Origin: Bacteriovoracia bacterium
Lineage (GTDB): Bacteria > Bdellovibrionota > UBA1018 > CAIPTA01
Direction of reading: 5' to 3'
DNA: 64,000 nt
Assembly (NCBI GenBank): GCA_050246755.1
Contig: JBFWVL010000001.1
Span: forward strand, 1,152,001-1,216,000
Position 1 is the stretch's first letter; the number at the start of each line of letters is the position of its first letter. Of the stretch, positions 58,831 to 64,000 are shown piece by piece. The translations under genes were made by a program, and so were the position numbers. The notes beneath the pieces were generated by a model that saw nothing but the letters and a program-made list of their open reading frames with translations, made no database searches and had not been told where the DNA came from.

Positions 58831-60711
58831 TTATTTCCCTGCCCTTTGGCGCCGGAGCTCAATGAGCTTCACAAACGCTTGTTCGCTTTCTTCCGCGTTA
58901 CCTTCGCGGATGAGTTGCTGTAGATTCGCTTCCTGCCGCCTCAATGCTTCGTCCTTCAGCCGGTGAATTGCCGCGGCCACATCGGGCGCCGAGAGCGCGT
59001 CGTCTGCAGCCACCAGCGCTTCGGCAACCAAATTCCTAATCAGCGGTTGTTCGCGAACATCTTCCCGCAATCGCTGCAATCTGCTTTCTTCGGTTTCGCC
59101 CGGAGTAAGGGGTTCGAAAAGAAGAGCGAATGCTTGCTGAATCTGGGGATCACTCACAAAGGGTAAAACTTCTCCGGATTCATGCTGGCGCAATTCTGAA
59201 ATCCGGGAGGGATGTTTCACAAGACCGCTCAAAAACCTCCGCTCAAAGCCAACGTCTTTCTTAACACTACGTGCTTGAATTTGCCTGCTTTTTTCAATTA
59301 TTGCCGGCCTTTTTTGGAAGCCATTTGCCTCGAAGTTCGGCCCGGAACTTGCTTTCTCCTGGCTCGAAACAAAACCTTTTCTGTAGCGACGTATAGCGTC
59401 CGTCAACAATTCTAGTTCAATGCCGAGCCCCTTCGCTACGCCAGGCAAGCGCGCCTGAATCCACAACTCGTCGCGTAATTTCGCGAGTTTACTGGCTATT
59501 TTGTCGAGAATTTCCGTGCGCGCCTGAAGACTATTGGGGGCATCGGCGATTCTTTTCTCTATCCAGAGGTCGAGGGCGGCGGGTGCGTTCTGCAAAATTC
59601 CCGCCATCTGGAGGGCTCCATCGTCGTGGGCACGCAAAAATTCGTCGGGATCTTTCCCATCGGGAAGGCGGGCCATCAAAAGGGGAAAGCCCTCGTTGTC
59701 GAGAAAAAGGTTCATGGCGCGCTCGGTGGCCGCCTTGCCCGCATTGTCGGAGTCGTAGAGACAAATAACCCGGGGCGCGAGCTTACGCAGAGCGGAGGCT
59801 TGGTTGCGAGTGAGGGCCGTGCCGCAATTGGCAACCACATTGGAAAAACCGGCCTGAACTAACGATAAACAATCCATGTAACCCTCGACGAGGACTACGG
59901 CTTCGAGCTCACGAATCGATTTCTTCGCCTGATCCAGATTATAAAGAACTTTTTCTTTTTCGTAGACGACGGACTCCGGGCTGTTCAAGTACTTCGGAGC
60001 ATCCGCGCCATTTGCGCCGAGCCAGCGGCCGCCAAAACCCAGAACTTCGCCATTAAGGTCCCGAATGGGAAAAATAAGGCGGTTCCGGAAAGTATCGAAC
60101 AAATTCGAGCCGTCCTCTTTGGGCGGCTCTCCGCCCTTGGTGCGAAAAAGCCCAAGCGCGTGGGCCTTGATCATCGGCGCTTGAATTTTCAAAAAATAGT
60201 CGCGCAGGGACGTCCAGGACTCGGGCGCGTAGCCGATGGCAAATCCGAGCATCGATTCCGGGTTGATTCCGCGCTTTAGCACGTAATCCCGCGCGGGGCC
60301 GCCCTCTGGGCCCTCGAGAGTTTCCTGATAAAAACGAGCCGCAAAGCGATTGAGCTTCAGGAGTTGCTTTTTCTCTTCGGCGGCCTGGCGATCCTGGGCC
60401 AGCTGTTCAGGCGTCCGCTTTTCGTCATCAAGCTGAAGGCCCGCTTTGGCCGCCAAAAATTCGATCGCTTCGCGGAAAGAAAACCCCTTCGTGAGCTCGA
60501 TGAAGGTGATGATATCGCCGCCCTGATTGGTAGAATAGCAGTAGAAACCCTGGTTCTCTGGATTCACGAAAAACGAAGGAGATTTTTCTTTGGAAAAAGG
60601 AGAGAGGCCAGTGAGGTATTTGCCAGATCGGCGCAGCTGTACCGTTTCCGACACCAGTTGCACGATGTCGATCGATTCCTTCAGCTTTGCGATGAACTCC
60701 TTACTGGCCAT
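58831..60711 (-). CDS. dnaG: DNA primase
   Basis: 'FRNRLIFPI', 'GFGGR', 'PKYLNSPE', TOPRIM 'VEGYMD' and 'YDSDNAG', 'KDPDE'. Confidence 0.97.
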   Translation of the reverse strand: MASKEFIAKLKESIDIVQLVSETVQLRRSGKYLTGLSPFSKEKSPSFFVNPENQGFYCYSTNQGGDIITFIELTKGFSFREAIEFLAAKAGLQLDDEKRTPEQLAQDRQAAEEKKQLLKLNRFAARFYQETLEGPEGGPARDYVLKRGINPESMLGFAIGYAPESWTSLRDYFLKIQAPMIKAHALGLFRTKGGEPPKEDGSNLFDTFRNRLIFPIRDLNGEVLGFGGRWLGANGADAPKYLNSPESVVYEKEKVLYNLDQAKKSIRELEAVVLVEGYMDCLSLVQAGFSNVVANCGTALTRNQASALRKLAPRVICLYDSDNAGKAATERAMNLFLDNEGFPLLMARLPDGKDPDEFLRAHDDGALQMAGILQNAPAALDLWIEKRIADAPNSLQARTEILDKIASKLAKLRDELWIQARLPGVAKGLGIELELLTDAIRRYRKGFVSSQEKASSGPNFEANGFQKRPAIIEKSRQIQARSVKKDVGFERRFLSGLVKHPSRISELRQHESGEVLPFVSDPQIQQAFALLFEPLTPGETEESRLQRLREDVREQPLIRNLVAEALVAADDALSAPDVAAAIHRLKDEALRRQEANLQQLIREGNAEESEQAFVKLIELRRQRAGK

Positions 60712-60718
60712 GAAAGCC

Positions 60719-61174
60719 TTAAGGCTGTAACAGCGCGAGCTTCTTTTTCACGGTTTCGCTGATTACGGACCCTTCCGCACGCCCGGCCACTTTCGCGCCC
60801 ACGGCTTTCATCACGGCGCCCATATCGCGCATACTTTTTGCGCCCGTTTCTGCAATGGCCGCATCTACGAGCAAAGCAAGCTCATCGGCGCCCATCTGCT
60901 CGGGGAGAAAGCTCTGGATGAGCTTCAATTCGGACTCTTCCTTCACGGCAAGATCCTCCCGGCCGCCTTTGCGAAACTGCTCGATGGAATCCCGGCGCTG
61001 CTTGGCGAGGTTCATCAAAATAGGAATTACGGCGGCATCGTCCATTTCTTTACGCGTATCCACTTCAATTTTTTTGATGGCGGCCTGGATGAAACGGATG
61101 GCGCCGAGCTTTTCCGCTTCTTTGGCCTTCATCGACGTAATCATGGCTTCCTTGAGGCGATCTTTAATGCTCAT
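60719..61174 (-). CDS. yqeY: GatB/YqeY domain protein
   Basis: 'KQRRDSIEQF..GGREDL..KE..E...LP', 'DMGAVMK'; located between rpsU and dnaG. Confidence 0.92.
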   Translation of the reverse strand: MSIKDRLKEAMITSMKAKEAEKLGAIRFIQAAIKKIEVDTRKEMDDAAVIPILMNLAKQRRDSIEQFRKGGREDLAVKEESELKLIQSFLPEQMGADELALLVDAAIAETGAKSMRDMGAVMKAVGAKVAGRAEGSVISETVKKKLALLQP

Positions 61175-61225
61175 GGGCACTCCTTCATAACGGTGAGATA
61201 GGAAATATGGGAATAAAATAAAGAA

Positions 61226-61249
61226 GGGCAAGACCGCGAAGCCTTGCCC
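61226..61249 (-). terminator. Intrinsic terminator between rpsU and yqeY/dnaG
   Basis: Minus strand GGGCAAGGC-ttcgcg-GTCTTGCCC followed by TTCTTTATTTT. Confidence 0.75.
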
Positions 61250-61272
61250 ATACTTATTGTTTACAATCTGAA

Positions 61273-61476
61273 CTAGAAGCTAGGGCGACGGCCTTTTTTC
61301 TCCGAACGCTTGCGGGCGGCCAAAGATTTTTTCTTGCGGCGAACGCTGGGCTTTTCGTAATGCTCACGCTTACGAACTTCGGAAAGAATACCGGCTTTTT
61401 CACAAAGCTTTTTGAAACGCTTAATGGCGTTTTCGAAGGACTCGCCTTCGTTTACGCGAATGGTAGGTTTTTCCAT
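61273..61476 (-). CDS. rpsU: 30S ribosomal protein bS21
   Basis: '[39 protein letters not shown]'. Confidence 0.98.
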   Translation of the reverse strand: MEKPTIRVNEGESFENAIKRFKKLCEKAGILSEVRKREHYEKPSVRRKKKSLAARKRSEKKGRRPSF

Positions 61477-61538
61477 AATTAAAGATCACCCCGCTTTCAG
61501 AGTCCCCAACTTAGTGGCTAGGAAGCGAGATGTCAATT

Positions 61539-61901
61539 TCACATGGTTTTTACGCTATAGCCAAAGGCCCGAATCCGGCCCAAATCCATCTCAGAGATCT
61601 CGAGATCTACGGTTTTCCCGGTAGGTGCGCCGCATTTGGTAACGCGCATGCGCCCATCCGTGCCGCTCCTAGCATTAAAAACTACCACCCCGGCTGCAGT
61701 TACCTCTTGGGCCGCCGCTTTAGGTGTGAGCTTAGAAGGACTTTCACATTGCTTAGAACCATCAGCCTTAGAAACCCAAACGCGATTATCGCTCTCTTTT
61801 TTCACTTTCACCTCCCAGCGATTTTCGGATTTTTGCACCGCGCTAGTGCAGGCGGCAAAGGCCAGGAATGCCAGGAAAGAAAACAGATAAGAAAAACGCA
61901 T
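61539..61901 (-). CDS. Small lipoprotein, hypothetical
   Basis: Lipobox 'FAAC'; 'DGSKQC...DGRMRVTKCGAPTG' with a Cys pair; AGGAGG SD. Confidence 0.75.
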   Translation of the reverse strand: MRFSYLFSFLAFLAFAACTSAVQKSENRWEVKVKKESDNRVWVSKADGSKQCESPSKLTPKAAAQEVTAAGVVVFNARSGTDGRMRVTKCGAPTGKTVDLEISEMDLGRIRAFGYSVKTM

Positions 61902-62086
61902 AGTCCTCCTAGAAATTCAGTACTTGAAGCGAAAAGATAGCATCATTTTGCGGGTATAGGCAAAGCTGGCCTGGGCTTAAAAACGGCGCTATGATCGCCA
62001 AATCCATTTCTACCTATAGCCCCGCGGCCCCGCTTCAACAAAACGGCCGCAATTGGGGCAATACAGAAACGGCTAAAAGAGGAACT

Positions 62087-64000
62087 ATGTCGCTAGAACA
62101 AGACGCGCTCGAGTACCATTCACGAGACCCCAAAGGGAAAATTGAAGTTGTCCCCACTAAGCCCTGCTTCACGGCCCGAGACCTCACTCTTGCCTACTCG
62201 CCCGGCGTAGCAATTCCCTGCAACGTAATCGCCGCCAATCCCGATGCGGTTTACGAATACACCAGCAAGGGCAACCTTGTGGCCGTGCTTTCCAATGGAA
62301 CGGCAGTGCTCGGGCTGGGAAATATCGGCCCCCTCGCCGCCAAGCCGGTGATGGAAGGGAAGGGAATTCTTTTCAAAAAATTCGCCAATATCAACGTGTT
62401 CGATATCGAGCTCAATGCTCCCGATCCCGACGATGTGATCAAAGCCTGCAAAATGCTGGAGCCCACGTTCGGCGGCATCAATCTCGAAGATATCAAAGCC
62501 CCAGAGTGCTTCTACATCGAAGAAACGCTGAAGAAAGAACTGAATATTCCGGTTTTCCACGACGACCAGCATGGCACCGCCGTGATTTCGGCGGCCGCGT
62601 TTGCGAACGCCATTGAGATCATCGGTAAAGATCCCGCCAAGATGAAAGTGGTTTTCTCCGGCGGCGGTGCGGCCGCGATGGCGTGCGCCAACATGTATCT
62701 GAACATGGGCATTCGAAAAGAAAATCTTACCATGTGCGACTCCAAAGGAGTGATCTATAAAGGCCGCACCGAAGGGATGAACCCCTATAAAGAACGTTTC
62801 GCGATCGACACCAAGAAACGCACGCTGGCTGAAGCAATGGAGGGCGCGGATGCGTTCGTGGGGGTTTCCGTAAAAGGGGCCGTTACTTCCGCAATGGTAA
62901 AAAGCATGGCAAAGGACCCCATCATCTTTGCGATGGCGAATCCAGATCCCGAAATTCTACCCGAAGAAATTCTAAAGGTGCGCTCCGACGCGATCATCGC
63001 CACCGGCCGCTCCGACTACGTGAACCAGGTAAATAACGTACTCTGCTTCCCCTTCATGTTCCGCGGCGCCCTCGACGTACGTGCCCGACAGATCAACGAA
63101 GAAATGAAAGTGGCCGCCGCCAAAGCCCTCGCTGCCCTTGCCAAAGAACCGGTTCCCGAAATGGTATCGGCCGCTTACGGTGGAAATAAGTTTTCATTCG
63201 GCCGAGAGTATTTAATTCCCAAGCCCTTCGACCCCCGCGTCCTTCTCTGGGTTGCCCCTGCGGTGGCGAAAGCTGCGTCCGATACCGGCGTGGCCCGTTT
63301 TCCGATTACCGATGTCGAAGCCTACAAGGAAAGCCTCGAGAGCCTGATGGGCAACCGCTACGTGGTGATGCGCACCTTGCGCAATACCGTGAAGCGCGCG
63401 GCCGAAAGCAAAAAATATCTCCCGAAGATCGTATTTGCCGAAGGCGAAAACGAAACCATCCTCAAAGCCGCGCAAATCGTGCTCGAAGAAAAAATCGCGA
63501 TCCCGGTCCTCCTCGGAGATCCCACGCTGATTCGCCAGCGCATCCAAACATATAAGCTCGATGGCCTACAAAACGTGCAGATCGAGGATCCTATTCATTC
63601 CGATAAGACCGAGCGTTACGCCAAAACCCTGCTGCAGAAGCGGCAACGCAAAGGAATGACCCCTGTTCGTTCCGAGCGGATCATGAAAAATCGCAACTAT
63701 TACGGCCCCATGATGGTGGAAATTGGCGAAGCCGATGGCGTGCTCAACGGATTGACCCAGAGTTATCCGGATACCATCCGCCCCATGCTCCATACGATTG
63801 GAACTAAACCCGGCCAGCGCGTGGCGGGAATTTACATGATGATCTTCAAATCCCGGGTAATGTTCTTCGCGGACACTACGGTGAACACCGGAATGGGTGC
63901 CGACGAACTTGCGTCCGTGGCGATCGAAACTGCCAATATGGCTCAACAGTACCTCCAAACGCCCGCACGCGTGGCGATGCTTTCCTATTCAAACTTCGGA
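62087..64000 (+). CDS. maeB: NADP-dependent malic enzyme with C-terminal PTA-like domain; truncated at the window edge
   Basis: Not in the ORF track (no stop in the window). [11 protein letters not shown]...LAYSPGVA...[20 protein letters not shown]...[12 protein letters not shown]...FHDDQHGTA, then PTA-like 'IVFAEGE' and '[10 protein letters not shown]'. Confidence 0.96.
   Translation, partial: MSLEQDALEYHSRDPKGKIEVVPTKPCFTARDLTLAYSPGVAIPCNVIAANPDAVYEYTSKGNLVAVLSNGTAVLGLGNIGPLAAKPVMEGKGILFKKFANINVFDIELNAPDPDDVIKACKMLEPTFGGINLEDIKAPECFYIEETLKKELNIPVFHDDQHGTAVISAAAFANAIEIIGKDPAKMKVVFSGGGAAAMACANMYLNMGIRKENLTMCDSKGVIYKGRTEGMNPYKERFAIDTKKRTLAEAMEGADAFVGVSVKGAVTSAMVKSMAKDPIIFAMANPDPEILPEEILKVRSDAIIATGRSDYVNQVNNVLCFPFMFRGALDVRARQINEEMKVAAAKALAALAKEPVPEMVSAAYGGNKFSFGREYLIPKPFDPRVLLWVAPAVAKAASDTGVARFPITDVEAYKESLESLMGNRYVVMRTLRNTVKRAAESKKYLPKIVFAEGENETILKAAQIVLEEKIAIPVLLGDPTLIRQRIQTYKLDGLQNVQIEDPIHSDKTERYAKTLLQKRQRKGMTPVRSERIMKNRNYYGPMMVEIGEADGVLNGLTQSYPDTIRPMLHTIGTKPGQRVAGIYMMIFKSRVMFFADTTVNTGMGADELASVAIETANMAQQYLQTPARVAMLSYSNFG

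Noticed and set aside
57062-58966. Long plus-strand ORFs (130, 242 and 236 aa) opposite rpoD
   Set aside because: Antisense shadows produced by the codon bias of a highly expressed gene; no protein motifs.
62120-63958. Series of minus-strand ORFs at the right end
   Set aside because: Antisense to maeB, which the ORF track missed because it has no stop in the window.
1-64000. CRISPR array, IS/transposase, intact integrase, prophage, rRNA
   Set aside because: No regularly spaced direct repeats and no recognisable motifs for these were seen by eye.

Overview
A gene-dense bacterial chromosomal window, most consistent with a Bdellovibrionota/Oligoflexia-like (deltaproteobacteria-related) organism; this is inferred from gene content and order. 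Left to right: a minus-strand block pilMNOPQ - TPR - efp - accB - accC - SgmX-like TPR scaffold - tamB - Omp85 (tamA/bamA-like, truncated at the window edge); a Lys/Ala-rich histone-H1-like protein; a small GIY-YIG-like protein; poly(A) polymerase pcnB with a very long RG/RD-rich tail and a highly structured leader; serB; lspA; nadA; vapBC; an unannotated 40-aa secreted peptide gene with a sigma54-type promoter, convergent with a membrane class III cyclase that has non-canonical base-specificity residues; RNase P RNA; a degenerate RNase H; SDR; arginase; PhoD; a CHASE2 adenylate cyclase; a Cys-rich copper-storage-like protein; an S41 protease; xdhABC; several two-component genes; two peptidoglycan amidases; oppA; a decayed island with degenerate tRNA-3'-like repeats next to tRNA-Ile2(CAU); a LysM/beta-barrel plus glycine-rich lipoprotein pair; rpsU-yqeY-dnaG-rpoD; and maeB (truncated). 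No CRISPR array, intact integrase, transposase or rRNA was seen. The best novelty candidates are the peptide/cyclase pair, the structured RNA upstream of pcnB and the tRNA-associated cassette repeats. All calls come from reading motifs by eye; no database searches were run.
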